This document shows, piece after piece, positions 13,601 through 24,599 of a DNA stretch of 64,000 bases. This stretch comes from Takakia lepidozioides (taxonomy: Eukaryota > Plantae > Bryophyta). The DNA lies in contig CM060731.1 of the NCBI GenBank assembly GCA_030704615.1, positions 94,302,001 through 94,366,000 on the forward strand, written 5' to 3'. The first letter of the stretch is position 1. Every line of letters starts with the position of its first letter. The translations under genes were made by a program, and so were the position numbers. A model generated the notes under the pieces. The model was not told where the DNA came from. It searched no databases and was given only the letters and a program-made list of their open reading frames with translations.

Positions 13601-16600
13601 GCAGAAATTCTAGTTCTAGCAGCGAGGGGTTTTCTGAAGAATGGAATGACACAGTAGAAAGAACTGTGTCTATGATTCAAAGACAGCCCCGATGAACTGG
13701 AGTAAATTTCCAAGGGTTATAATGCTCCCATTAGTTCCTCTGAGATTGCGGAAGCAATTGAGCATCTAAACGGATACAAAGCTGGTGGCCCTGATGGCAT
13801 TGTCAATGAGCTTATCAAGCATGGTGGTGACCCTATGATAGAGGCCCTTGTTCTTCTCTTTAACCTTATATGGCGGAATGAAATTACCCCCTTTCGCTGG
13901 CAGCAGGGGGTCATTGTCAATTTATATAAGAAAGGTGACAGAGAAGAGCCGGGTAACTATCGGGGCATCACGCTTCTTAATGCAGTTGGCAGGATATCCT
14001 GCAGAGTTATAAGTACTCGTCTCGAGGTTGATCTGGAGTCCAGAGGTTGTTTCCATGAAGGCCAAGCTGGCTTTCGGCGAAACAGGGGCTGCGTGGATCA
14101 TATCTTCACACTCAGCCAGATTATCCAGGGAAGGAAAAAAGAAGGGAAACCTACTTTTGTCTTTTCCTGGATGTCAAAAAGGCCTATGACACTGTGTGGA
14201 GAGACGGTCTATGGCTCCGACTCTGGTCTTCCGGGATCAAGGGAAAGATGTGGAGAGTGGTCCATAACTTGTATGCTCACACTAAAAGCTGTGTCACTGT
14301 TAATGGACAGAAGTCTAACTTCTTTGACATAGACCAAGGTGTAGCTCAATAATGTACCCTCTCCCCTCTGCTCTTCAATGTTTTCATCAATCAACTACTC
14401 GAGGATGTGGAAAGTGAGGGATTTGGGTTAAGGGTGGGTGATGCCACCATGCCCTTATGTTTGCGGAAGACTTCGCAGGCATAGGGGAGACTCCATCCAA
14501 TCTTCAGGAGTTGATTGATTATGCAAAGAGGTACTTTGACCTTTGGGGCTAGAGGCTACCGTCAGTAAGTGCACAGTGGTGGCATTCAACGACCGTTGGG
14601 AGGGAGGAGGCAACCTCAAGTGGCAGTGGGGAAGCCAAGAGATTCCTGTCCACCCTTCCTACACATACCTTGGCGTTGAGTTTTCCTCCAACTGTAATTG
14701 GGAAGCGCATATACAAAAGCTGTTCAATCTGGCAAGTGCAAAGCGTTGGGTCTCACTAGATTTTTCCACTGCAGAGGGATCAACTCTGACGTAAAAAAAG
14801 CCATGCTTTGCAGCGTTATTAGGCCTACCTTGGAGTACGCATCTGCAGTGTGGGTTGACAACTCCAACCAGGCTAAGTCTCTAGAAACCATTCAAATGGG
14901 GGTGCTCAAGGAGTGCATGTCAGCATGCTCCAAAACAGCTGATGTGGCTGTTCAGGGTGAGTTTGGCATTCCTCCCTTAACCTGACGGGATGATTCAAGG
15001 TCACATGATGGGGTCAGCTGCAACATATGACTAATATCAGACATCCTAAGTTAATCGATTCTATATCTTGGAAGCAGGATCGCCCTGTCAAACAGGCTAA
15101 GTCCTGGCGGAAGAGGGTAGAAGAGGATTTCAAGTATCCAAATCTAAGTCCCCAGTCTTGACCCTGCTGGATAACTTAGAGGCTAGTATCCAAAGCCATG
15201 TCTGTTGCCAGGAAATTGTCTGATGAAAATGAAGTTAGGCAGAAAACTTCCCTGAACTTGTTTCCACTGTGTGACATGGGTGTGGCCATCATGGATGACC
15301 TCAAGGCTTTACCCACTCTCAGCACTAGACTGAAATTTAAACTCGGGGGGAACCCTACCTTTGAAAAGCAAACAGACGCAGAGAGGAAAGGGGGATTGCA
15401 AATGCCCATTGTGTGGGCAACCTGAAGTCAATATCCACTTTCTGATTCATTGTCCTGGGTATTTTCACCAGAGAGACATCTCTTCAAATCCATCAACGGA
15501 ATCGTTCCTGTACCTCTGTTTACCAACTTTGAAAGTCTCGAGGCTGAGCCAAAATCCCAGGCCCTTTTGGGGTCTAGTTATTGGGAAAATCACATACAGC
15601 GGATTGATGTTTGTGTGAAGGGATTTCTAGAGGATATCTGGAAAACTCGGATAAATTGTCCGTTCCAAGGTAAGTCATACTACCGGAGTCAGCCCCTGAC
15701 AAAGGTAGTTTCTGTCCCTTCGTGTTCCGCTCAAACTGGGCACAGGGTCAATGGCCACAAGGCTACGGCACACAATGTCGTCTGAGTACATCCTCTTTCT
15801 CTCTCTGTTTCGAAGTGGAGCATACATATGCCAGCTTTCTGCTCTCCCAAGTCTTATGTGCTTCAGGGACAGGTCAATCACCAAGTTAGTTCATGCTTGC
15901 CTTTCACCTAAACCGTGACAGCTGCTCTCTCTACGAGGGCAAATGTTGAGAGATAGGTGTGTTACACGGCTTACCTCACGGTCCATATCTGTTGGGTAGA
16001 AATTTGCACCTGCTGCTTTACAAACAGGGAATGCAGCCCTGTACTTCAGGCCCCCCCAGCCAGGAACACTTCTCACAACTGCTTTCTCTTCTATCTGAAC
16101 TGCCGAATCCGCCGTTGTCAAAAATGCCTCATTCTCATCTAGTATAGACCTGCACATGGTTATGCTAGAAAATAACATGACTCCTTGAGAAAATTGCAAA
16201 TGTGGCTTGACAGCAAAACTATGCTCTGAGACTAGGGCATGACTGAACCTGACATGAGAATGCTAAGTGCCTGCACCAGTTGGGAGGTTGATGGATAGTT
16301 GTTGACAAAAGTGTGTTCAACACAAAGGCAGTACGGACTTGACTGAATCTGGCCAAATGGAACGGATATGCACTGCAGCCACCCATTTGCCAAACTAAGC
16401 ACCAGCTATTGCCACTTAAGCTATTAAATCAACCAGGAACTGAAAAATAAACAACAAAAAGACGTTTGTTTTTGCAGTTGAGGGCCCCAGCAGTGTTTTC
16501 TTTTTCACTTTTCCAAAATCGCAGGCAGGGCGACATGTAGATTCTACCCAGTGACCATAATTGCTGACATGCCTTATGAGTTTCAACTAGCCAACGAGGT

Positions 16601-19600
16601 GACCTAGTTAGAAAAGTGGCTATATTACAGGTGTCATATTTTAACAGGTCCACGTAGGAAAAATCTGGCTCCTGATATTTGACCATTGGCGCTTTCTGGC
16701 GATTTTTTTGAGTTTTTACTCCCGTAATTCCTTAGTAAAAGTAGCTGACCCATTTTCCAGGTCGAAATCTGGTGATTTTTCGCCAGATTAAAAAACACTG
16801 GGCCCCAGATGTTGACATTCTCTCTTCATGACAATTGCAAAAAGAAGAGCGATGCACAACAAAACAAGCACAAATTGTGGTGCCAGACCCTCTGTTAAAA
16901 GGTAGGAACTTTCTAATGGCCGGTGTTCTTGCAAGGCCATTTTGTGGCCCAATAGTTCCCCTGAAGTCTTTAGGTTCCCAAGGAGCGTAGCTGGGGAAAT
17001 CCCCCACAAAGTGATTGGTTGATCCATTGACCCCCCTTTAAAGAAAAATCTAGGGTAGTGCCTGGAGCACCAAGCTGCTACATCCAGTGAGGAACAGTGA
17101 CTTTACCAGGGACTCTTATTGATGAGATAGTAAGCAAACTTGAGTCTGTCAAGCTCTGAAGTTGCAGCCATCTCCTCAAGCCAGTCCTTCAACGCTGGGT
17201 TTGTTGCCCATTCCTGCAACATCAAGACAATATCTATCCATTTCTCTTCTCCGTCTCTTCCTATCTGAAATATACTACAATAACTGAATTAAGAACTGCA
17301 ATTTTCATGGAAAGACCATCTAAACATGGAGGAGAACCTGCTTGAGGAAGATGCGCTCCAACACTCTTGCAGCACGGATTGTGTATGACAAAGCGAGAAC
17401 ATCTCCCTCACTTAGGCGTGCAATCTGTCCCACAAGGTCATATGTCAAATGAGTTGCACTGTTGTTGTCATGCCCAACAAATTCCATTGTTAATGTCACA
17501 GGACTTCCCTTCATACACAGAATAAATCCTTCTCACCTACCACCTTTTCACACAAGAAAGCCAGCAGCTTGTGATCTCCTTGTTTGCTACGGGCTTTAAA
17601 CACAAGATTCTGTAATTAAGTAGGATATCAGGATCACGAGTCCCGCCATGAACAAATGCATCCACATACTACAGTATATCATTGTGCCCCTGCCTTCTAC
17701 CGGGTGATTTTCAAACCACACTCAACAGGACAACAGGATCACAAGTACTACATACTGAAAGCCGCTGTCTACCAGATCGACCAAATTCCCATTCAATGTT
17801 TCATGAAAACAGAACAGCTGGAGTTAGGAATTATCTTTTAACTAACCCTGGTGAAGTGTGAAGCATCAGATGACATCTTGATTTACTGACTCACCTCTCC
17901 TTGGAGAGTCACAGGAACATAACGAAAAAGCTGGTTTTGTAGCGACCCAAGTCTGGCCTTCTCATCCACCCCGTATCTGCCTCAAAAGCACAGTAAAGTC
18001 TGCATTAATAAAACGGACAATCACCCACTATGTTGCAAGGCCACCAAGACCTTTCACTAGCAGGAAGTCCCCACACCTGGCCCCTCTATAATATCTGTTT
18101 GCTGGATATTGTGAGTACAAAATCATTCATGATCATGTATTTTCTCTCCGCCAAATTTACACAGTGCAATTGACGTTTAGTTTAGGACACCTTAGACTTC
18201 CATTGATAAAACTAATGCCTGTTTTTGCTTAGGCTTCATGCTTCCCAGAATCTCCCTTTCTCTCACTCTCTATTCTTCCAAAAGTCTTACTACCAACGTC
18301 AGCCCCTGACAGAGGTGGGTTCTGTCCCTTTTGTTCCCGCTCAAACTGGGCGCGGGGTCAATGGCCACAAGGCTACGGCAAACAACGTCTTTTGAGTACA
18401 ATCTCTATTCTGCCAAAACTGGGCGCGGGGTCTATGGCCACAAGGCTACAGCAAACGAAGTCTTATACGTACATCTTCTCTCTTTTCCGCCCAAACTGAG
18501 CACAGGGTTATGGCCACAAGGCTATGGCAAACAACGTCTAATGAATACATTTTCTCGCTCTCTTTCTCTATTTTTGGGGGGAGGAAAAGGGCAGGCACCA
18601 CATAAGAAACTTTTGCCAGAATCTCCAGGCATGTCAACTTTCTCTCCTTCACTGTGCTCCCCCTCCCCTTGGGCACAAAAAATCTCTTCCTAATTTCTCT
18701 CCGTCTGTCTTGTGTGCACACAGTAGGCAATCAATGAATACATTATATGCACACATAAAAGTACCCCGTATACAACATCAATGCCTGTAGAACTAGACAG
18801 CAATCTTAGGCCAGCTACTGGGCCTTGCTAAGCGAAAGTTCTCCATGAAAATCTGCATGCATATCTAAATACAATAAAACAGGGATGAACCTCTTCTGGA
18901 TTGCCGAGAATAGCTGGCCATATTCGCTGTCCACATTGTAAGGAACATATGCCACATCTTCTTTCCCTAAAAGTTCTTCGTACTCTTTCCAAGCTACATA
19001 CTTCACTGCTGACACCTCTGACTCCTGCAAATGAATTCAATGGCATTTGAATAATATGCACCATGTCTCAAACTCAAAGGAGTGGATTCAATTTCAAAGC
19101 TTACTAACAGCCTCCACTAAACACCAGGTGTCCAAGCAGTTACGAGCTGGATACTTAGCAAAAAGAGACCCTGCAGGCTTGTCCTTTTGAAAAGTGAGCG
19201 CACCTGAAGGTCAAAAGCATCCAATGGAATCGGTTCCACAAGTGTCACTAGGTACACATCGTTATTCTCATTGTTTATGTATGTTCCATCATTAATGACA
19301 CTGCAATCACACATACAGATACATTAAGTGTTTTGCTCACAGACTAGCAGTGACAATTCTTTAGACCTATGTTCATTTGGCAACTTAAGACAATAAAGCT
19401 TGGATTATCCATGATACTAGTTGGAGTGGATAGCAAGCTTAGCAACAATGCGTAAAGAACAATTTATTCAGAACATAGATGCAAGGCGGCTGCTTAATAA
19501 AACCCTCTGCAAGTTGGATTTAAAAAGGCGGGCTTCTCATGCTTGTCCATAATGTTATTGAGGGCATGCAAAGAATAATAACACTTCCCAAAAGCTTCTT

Positions 19601-21135
19601 TGATACCTTGCTTTTTCTATATCAGTTTATGGCTGGGCATGGTTAGCATTCTGAGTGAATACAAAAGAAGAACGAAACAATATCCTAACTGACCCTTCTT
19701 GTAAGTACACAAAAAGAAGCTCAAATGCATCCGCCGGTAATGTGATTCCAAGTTCCTCCTGCAACTCCCTCCTGCCACCAGCACTAGGTGAGTGTGGTAT
19801 CACAACAGGAAAAAGACATGAACTCCTGCCTGTACTCTGATTTCTGACATTGCATCACAAACAGCCATAGTCAGTCCTAGTTGAACAATAGGACTCCCAG
19901 GTGACACATGTCATGAACAAACTTCTTTACCCCTGGTCTGCAGTGCAAGTAGTTCAAAATATTTCTTGAAGTTACACTACTCCCTTCTCTGAGTTACTCT
20001 CCTGTGGGGCACTAGTATGATTCATTTACAATGGTACGCGTCATTCTTTGGAGAAGTCGAAATGCATCCCACCCAGAACCAGGTTTGAGAGAGAGACAAG
20101 GAGAAAGAAAGGAATTTCATGGCGTCCAGAAAAATGCTCATGGGGGACACAGTTTCAACTTGCCTTGCAGATAGGAGAGAGGTGTCACCAGCAGAGATGT
20201 GGCCAGCACTGGAAACATCCCATAAACCTGGCCAGGAATCCTTGCAATCAGCCCGTTTCTGAAGCAGCAATTCCCCCGTGCTTTCAACATAGATCCAAAC
20301 ATGCACTGCGCGGTGGTAGTCACCATCTGTGTGCACCAAATGCCTTATAAAACCAAGCAGACAAGGTATCAAGCTTCAGTTGTGACAATAAAGGCCACCG
20401 ATGCAAGTGAGATCAATTCCTCCCTCAATCCCTTTAATGATTTCGCCTGCGGCCCCCAGCCACGCACACCAGGCACATGGGCAGAGACATTGAAAGGAAA
20501 TAAGACCCGCAAACAAATGACCATTTTTCACTACCCTCGTTCACAAGGATCCCTTCAACCACGCGTATCTACAAATGATTTGAGAATGAACAGCCCAAAT
20601 TTCGTTAAGTTTCATTAGACGTACATAGTAACCTAGCCATGGAGTTAACACCGGAGGGACGACGGGATCATAATATCTGAGCCCACCCCATTGAGGAAGG
20701 TTCTCATGAGATTGGGAATCACACCAAGAGACTGAACCAGCCAATTTCCGGAAAAATGGTTGTCTTTGATAATCAAAGCCCGGAACGAAACGAAAAAGTG
20801 TAGGTAGCTCAGGTTCGATCCCCTGTGACTGTATATCGTCCTCACTTCCTTTCAGAGCAATTATATCTCCCAAGTTACAGCTTTGCAAATCGCTCAGGCT
20901 ATCCCACTGCGCATGCAGAGTGGAGGATCTGGAGTATTTACAAATTCCTTAATTTCATCGGAAGGGAGAGGGTCAAGAGGCGAAAGCAATACCCAAAACG
21001 AATGCGGGAACTAAATTTAACGTGGCAGGAAGGACAGTTTAGTGGAGCAACGCACCTTTTCTTCATCACGCCGGTGCGAGCGCCTGCCTTTGTCAGGATA
21101 TCCAGAGACTCCGTTAGCTCTTCTTCCTCCCTCAT
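1572..21135 (-). CDS. NUDT3: Nudix hydrolase 3 / dipeptidyl-peptidase III (M49) dual-domain enzyme, 21 coding exons, 772 aa
   Basis: Hand-spliced exons (minus): 21135-21056, 20343-20164, 19771-19694, 19300-19204, 19024-18891, 17976-17895, 17424-17338, 17213-17107, 16149-15975, 6514-6300, 5885-5804, 5350-5285, 4925-4848, 4651-4556, 4438-4332, 4096-3928, 3165-3082, 2862-2768, 2427-2337, 1987-1841, 1640-1572. The total is 2319 nt, all phases are consistent and there is no internal stop. Motifs: Nudix box SAGHISAGDTSLLSARRELQEELG, DGDYHRAVHVWI, GANFYP, GPYETYED, HTICHECCHGIGPH, EEAKADIVGLWAL, GCFRSIRFG. These match plant NUDX3/NUDT3 as I recall it. Confidence 0.96.
1841..1987 (-). CDS. NUDT3: NUDT3 exon 20
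   Basis: VRDSVEELSRKILTIEATGDKSAAQALLEKYVTLTPQLQQAFACLQDVQ. Confidence 0.9.
2337..2427 (-). CDS. NUDT3: NUDT3 exon 19
   Basis: KGQALQFNWILEKGGFVANGDGSFSVDFIR. Confidence 0.92.
2768..2862 (-). CDS. NUDT3: NUDT3 exon 18
   Basis: SLLPKSLGKTMYVSFLAGCFRSIRFGLQEAH. Confidence 0.93.
3082..3165 (-). CDS. NUDT3: NUDT3 exon 17
   Basis: ELQELYSAIEEAKADIVGLWALHYLIDQ. Confidence 0.93.
3928..4096 (-). CDS. NUDT3: NUDT3 exon 16 (HECCH zinc-binding motif)
   Basis: FDYILLPIAKVCV...DFDSFFTHTICHECCHGIGPHGIITPDGRESTVRL. Confidence 0.94.
4332..4438 (-). CDS. NUDT3: NUDT3 exon 15
   Basis: DVKGPQTVAFNLPNDDRIVKERGSAMVMLKNISQA. Confidence 0.93.
4556..4651 (-). CDS. NUDT3: NUDT3 exon 14
   Basis: ELEDNLPMASDYKSKGVSASPIRVIQLLYNSG. 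Confidence 0.93.
4848..4925 (-). CDS. NUDT3: NUDT3 exon 13
   Basis: ATFEAFIGIRDDEATLQLKLFSEHLQ. Confidence 0.93.
5285..5350 (-). CDS. NUDT3: NUDT3 exon 12
   Basis: DSSIDVTIGPYETYEDTLFGYK. Confidence 0.93.
5804..5885 (-). CDS. NUDT3: NUDT3 exon 11
   Basis: LKRLLKAKGEAFLSNDYYDSDIAWMEL. Confidence 0.92.
6300..6514 (-). CDS. NUDT3: NUDT3 exon 10
   Basis: EFQLWSASLSKEQQEAATGFFTVIRR...IVPYSVEYSALLREAADLLHEAE. Confidence 0.92.
6558..6666 (+). mobile_element. Short (~100 bp) retro-copy of the structured 3' end of the 42-46 kb LINE, with (CT)n tail
   Basis: ggcccacctccaaaagggggaagtaactgaaaggtgaagtggctcttagctac aligns with 46040-46092. TSD tgtttYgaagtg at 6546-6557 and 15806-15817. Confidence 0.8.
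6667..11104 (+). mobile_element. Non-LTR retrotransposon (APE-RT-CCHC, RTEX/RTE-like), 5'-truncated, decayed; copy 1 in NUDT3 intron 9
   Basis: APE motifs ATFNFSGL, GQET, LLGDFNARVG, SIVDYII, SDH. RT motifs KAGGPDGI, NYRGITLL, QAGFRR, FLDVKKAYD, GVAQGCTLSPLLF, MFADD. C-terminal CPLC...HFLIHCP. Multiple stops and frameshifts. Confidence 0.93.
9407..10109. other. 703-bp unidentified insertion inside LINE copy 1
   Basis: Absent from copy 2 at the equivalent site (14815-14835); flanked by 6-bp direct repeat tagacc (9401-9406, 10110-10115). Confidence 0.8.
11130..15805 (+). mobile_element. Non-LTR retrotransposon, same family, near full-length, decayed; copy 2 in NUDT3 intron 9
   Basis: Colinear with copy 1. 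ORF 11444-12760 has an ORF1-like N-terminus (VSNRFEAL) in frame with the APE. Same 3' end (ggggtcaatggccacaaggctacggca) and CT-rich tail. The 5' boundary is approximate. Confidence 0.92.
11931..12140 (+). repeat. Three tandem 69-bp in-frame repeats (EGFGTLNGLPILKVYSRRIKSS)
   Basis: Units start at ~11932, 12001, 12070. Confidence 0.9.
15975..16149 (-). CDS. NUDT3: NUDT3 exon 9
   Basis: SILDENEAFLTTADSAV...LKYRAAFPVCKAAGANFYPTDMDRE. Confidence 0.93.
16491..16800. mobile_element. hAT-type MITE in NUDT3 intron 8
   Basis: TIRs CAGTGTTTT...AAAACACTG and perfect 8-bp TSD ggccccag (16483-16490, 16801-16808). Confidence 0.9.
17107..17213 (-). CDS. NUDT3: NUDT3 exon 8
   Basis: EWATNPALKDWLEEMAATSELDRLKFAYYLINKSPW. 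Confidence 0.92.
17338..17424 (-). CDS. NUDT3: NUDT3 exon 7
   Basis: IARLSEGDVLALSYTIRAARVLERIFLKQ. Confidence 0.88.
17895..17976 (-). CDS. NUDT3: NUDT3 exon 6
   Basis: YGVDEKARLGSLQNQLFRYVPVTLQGE. Confidence 0.88.
18281..18570 (+). mobile_element. Three head-to-tail 3'-end fragments of the intronic LINE family (NUDT3 intron 5)
   Basis: 18281-18405 matches 10976-11100. The terminal unit aaactgggcgcggggtcNatggccacaaggctac is repeated at ~18415 and ~18494, each followed by a CT-rich tail. Confidence 0.88.
18891..19024 (-). CDS. NUDT3: NUDT3 exon 5
   Basis: ESEVSAVKYVAWKEYEELLGKEDVAYVPYNVDSEYGQLFSAIQK. Confidence 0.92.
19204..19300 (-). CDS. NUDT3: NUDT3 exon 4
   Basis: VINDGTYINNENNDVYLVTLVEPIPLDAFDLQ. 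Confidence 0.92.
19694..19771 (-). CDS. NUDT3: NUDT3 exon 3
   Basis: RELQEELGITLPADAFELLFVYLQE. Confidence 0.92.
20164..20343 (-). CDS. NUDT3: NUDT3 exon 2 (Nudix domain)
   Basis: HLVHTDGDYHRAVHVWIYVESTGELLLQKRADCKDSWPGLWDVSSAGHISAGDTSLLSA; GC donor. Confidence 0.93.
21056..21135 (-). CDS. NUDT3: NUDT3 exon 1
   Basis: MREEEELTESLDILTKAGARTGVMKK(R), followed by GT donor. Confidence 0.85.
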
Positions 21136-21829
21136 CTTGCGTACACGGATCCTTTGCAACTAAGCAAGCCCTCGTCTCTCTCTCACACACATGCGTTCGA
21201 ATGGATGTAAAACATCAAGCCGAAAGGCATATTCTATTCTGGATGTTATTCTCTTTCTTGAGAAAAGATGAAGTTAAAGTTTTAGTGTGTTTTATGTCCA
21301 GCGAGTTTACGGCCTACTACTTTACATAGAGGGGGGGAGGGACCCAAAAGATAGATGAAGGATTTTAGGAACCCAAGGTCACCTTCAAACACCCAACCAG
21401 TGGATTTGCCTGTTCCAAGTGCTCACACCGAGCCTATGCCTCTCACTGATCTGCTCCAATCTGAGCTGGTTTTGACATGACTTGCATCGTTGTGGAGTTC
21501 ACGCCCAAAGGGAAAGAGCATATGCCTTATCTCAAACTTGTTTAAAGTGAGGCTTTCTTAATCTGGGTTTCTCTAAGAGCATGCCCAACAGGCGCTCTAT
21601 CTGGCGCGCTATCATCACCATAGCGTGGCGCCGCGAGGATCGTGCATCCCTAGCAGCACCTTCACGCGCTTCAAAATGGTGAGCCTCACCAACAATCGTC
21701 ACACTCCCGCGTTATCTTCTGCCCACCTTTGGTAAAGGGGAGTGTTCAGCTAAATGGTTTTTTGAACGAAATGTGGTGTTGTATTGGAGCGCAATTGATT
21801 GCAGGAATAATATGCCACAGCATGGAGGC

Positions 21830-22324
21830 TTTGAGACCTATGAGAAATGGTGTAGAAAGGGGGTGAATGAAGCCCAACCACAATCCTTTATTTGTGTCTG
21901 CCAATGCGGGTGCAAACTAGCCGGTCCGTGGAAGAAAAGGGCGGAAGAGGTCCATTGGTGGACAACATTCAAAGCGGGAAAATTGAAACAGCTATGTTCG
22001 GAACACTACCCATCGTGGAATGATGCCAATTGTGGGTGCATCGAGGATGCAAAGGGAGTGTTCGACAATATGACTAAAGGAGATGTGGTATCTTGTAACG
22101 CCATCATCGCAGGATATGCACAGCTTGGGCGCGGGATGGAGGCTTTGGAGACTTATGAGCAAATGTTTGGGGAAAGGATGAAGCCCAACCACATAAGGTT
22201 TGTTTGCATTTGCAATTCGTGTGCAAGCCTGGCAGCCCTTGAAAAGGGCAAAGAGGTCCATGGTGACATTATCAAAGCTGAAATTGTGGGACAACCGCTA
22301 TCGCAAGGTGTGGCTTTTTCCTAA
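21830..22324 (+). pseudogene. PLS-class PPR gene fragment
   Basis: CGCIEDAKGVFDNMTKGDVVSCNAIIAGYAQLGRGMEALETYEQMFGERMKPNHIRFVCICNSCASLAALEKGKEVHGDIIK (S-P-L motifs); truncated, no E/DYW domain. Confidence 0.85.
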
Positions 22325-22679
22325 TTTGTACGATGTGAAGAAGATTGTCCATCCTCCATGGATCATGAGACAAGGTCGGGGACAATGTGGTGAAGGCACC
22401 TTTCTCTTCAACCTATTTCAGTCTGTTTTGCCCTCTCATCAGACTCGGCCCTGAGATGCATATTGAATTCTGTAAGTTAGCTCTATGGGTGGATCTGTGG
22501 TGGTTTGGGGTGACTTTGACAGGTTTCTGCCGATGTGGCAGCATGAAAGTATCCAGAAACAGATTATAGAGATGAGGAGAAGTGTTGGAATGAACACTTT
22601 TCAAACCCCAGTCAATGGTGGGACAATGGAGACACAAGGTGAATGCTCGTTGGATTTAGAGAGAAGCAGATGCAATTCA

Positions 22680-22772
22680 GAGAGAGAGAGAGATGACTCC
22701 GGCCGAGGCCGGCGTAACTAAGAGCCACTTCGCCTTACGGCTACTACCCCCTTTCAGGGGTGGGCCCTATCA
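22680..22772 (-). mobile_element. 93-bp retro-copy of the structured LINE 3' end with (CT)n tail
   Basis: Reverse complement matches 46036-46112; 7-bp TSD caattca at 22673-22679 and 22773-22779. Confidence 0.85.
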
Positions 22773-23741
22773 CAATTCAAAATTGGAACTATTGTAGCAA
22801 GTAAGGTTGGGGTGTTTGTTGGAAGAACTTCACGCTGTCAGTGTCGGCTGCTAGCAGCAAGGCTGAGGATGTATTCATGATTTGTACACAGACAAGGATA
22901 GCTGAAGGACCAGGGGTACAGGTCAAGATTCACCAAGGGGGCCGGATTTCAAACACAAGATTACTTCTGATTCCCTGTGGATCAATAGCTACAAGAAATT
23001 TGCGTGGGTAGATGGTCAACTGGAAACAGCAGCGGCAGTAGCACAATTGATAGTACAAGGCACTACTAATGAAGGCACCTTCTTCAATGCATTTCTCTAT
23101 TGTTAATTGTGACTTGTCAGCACTCTTGTGTGTGCTGCTTGTGGATTGGATTGGGCTGTGAGAACCACCACGGTGCAGCTGAGCAAACATAGATTGAAAC
23201 ACGGCCGCTAAGACCAAGCTAACTCTCCCAAGAACCTTGTAAACATCGGGAAGAATACCAAATCATGGTAGTAACAGGAGCCAAGAGCCTTCATTTGCAG
23301 GATGGAACCCCCTCCAGAGCTCCTAATCACTCCTATACCACCATAGATCCACCAACAAACTAACTTGCATCATCTGACCTTAAACTCTGCTACTGGCCTG
23401 GCTAACAAGGCTTGCCTTAGTTCCTGGCCAAGGGCTCCATTTTCCTTCTTGCTCCGTTCCACCAGCTCTTTTATTTCTCTTTCAGAATTCATCTTCTCAA
23501 ATTGAAGCTCTGACTGCAGGTATCATTGCATTGTGTAATTATAGATTGCATCAGATTTTGCACTAGTAATGTCACCTCACTGTCAGATGAACTGTCTTTC
23601 ACAGAGGGAAGTGCTATTTTGTGATGAGGTTATGGGTTAGACATACAACATTGGCTACATCTGCCGTTGCACCGGCAGCTTCAGCAAGCAGCAGTGGGAC
23701 TGGTGATACCATAGCTGCGGAGTGACTGAGCAGCTGAGCCC

Positions 23742-23742
<1 letters not shown>

Positions 23743-23784
<42 letters not shown>
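23743..23784 (+). repeat. Poly-C tract (42 nt) followed by CT-rich simple sequence
   Basis: Direct reading; length may be a sequencing estimate. Confidence 0.85.
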
Positions 23785-24599
23785 TACCATTTTTTCTTAA
23801 TTTGTTGCCCCCTCTCTCCCTCTCTCTCACACTCTCTCCCTCTCTTTTGTCTCTGTCCCTCTCCCTCTCTCTTTTTAACTTTTTCTGCCCCCTATCTCCC
23901 TCTCTGGTTTTTTTTTTTTTTTTGTGAGCAGCACAAAAGAGAGGGAGAGAGAGGGAAGATACTATGTCTTGTCAAGACATGGACAAGACCTGACTAGGTC
24001 ATTGACGGATTAATGACAAATCAGCCTCATAACAAGGCATTATCAACCATTCTTCATTCACAAGTCAGCTTTATGACAAATCCCAGACTTCAAAGTCAAT
24101 GAAATCTCTGGGTCGGGGGGGGGGGGGTGGGGAAAATTAGAGACTCAATTACCACTGTTCACAGCAGGAAACATTTGTTCAACATGCTAAAAAGTGCCAT
24201 TCATGATGTTGCAGTCTGTATTTTTTGGCCAACTTACATACCAAGGCATAACCACCCATCCTATTTTATTGTTGGCCCACAAACTAGTTTAGTTTTGGGT
24301 TCTTTGTATCACTCCATACCAAAGTGACTGAGCAGTAAGAATCCATGTCCAAATAAGGAACCATTGATCACTGTTCATAGCTAGAAATGTCTGTTTATCT
24401 TAAAGAAGCCATTTATGATCACATAAAAGGCTTAAGAACAAAGTAAGAGCATTTCTTTGCATAAAGAACATCACCAAAGCAGGGTTACAGACTATCGCAC
24501 AGCTGAAGGAAGACAATGAAGTGGTAAGTTATAACAGCCCCGCTCCCAACTTACACTATACCTACTACAAATAAATCACTCCCTATCAAAAATAAATAA

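Noticed and set aside
20800-20830. ggttcgatccc B-box/tRNA-like motif in NUDT3 intron 1
   Set aside because: No A box, cloverleaf, tail or TSD found.
23377-23515. Exon-like minus-strand segment (SELQFEKMNSEREIKELVERSKKENG...) and similar pieces at 34.3-35.7 kb
   Set aside because: Could not be joined into a gene model or assigned to a family.
23722-23997. Poly-proline ORF
   Set aside because: Translation of the poly-C and CT simple repeats.
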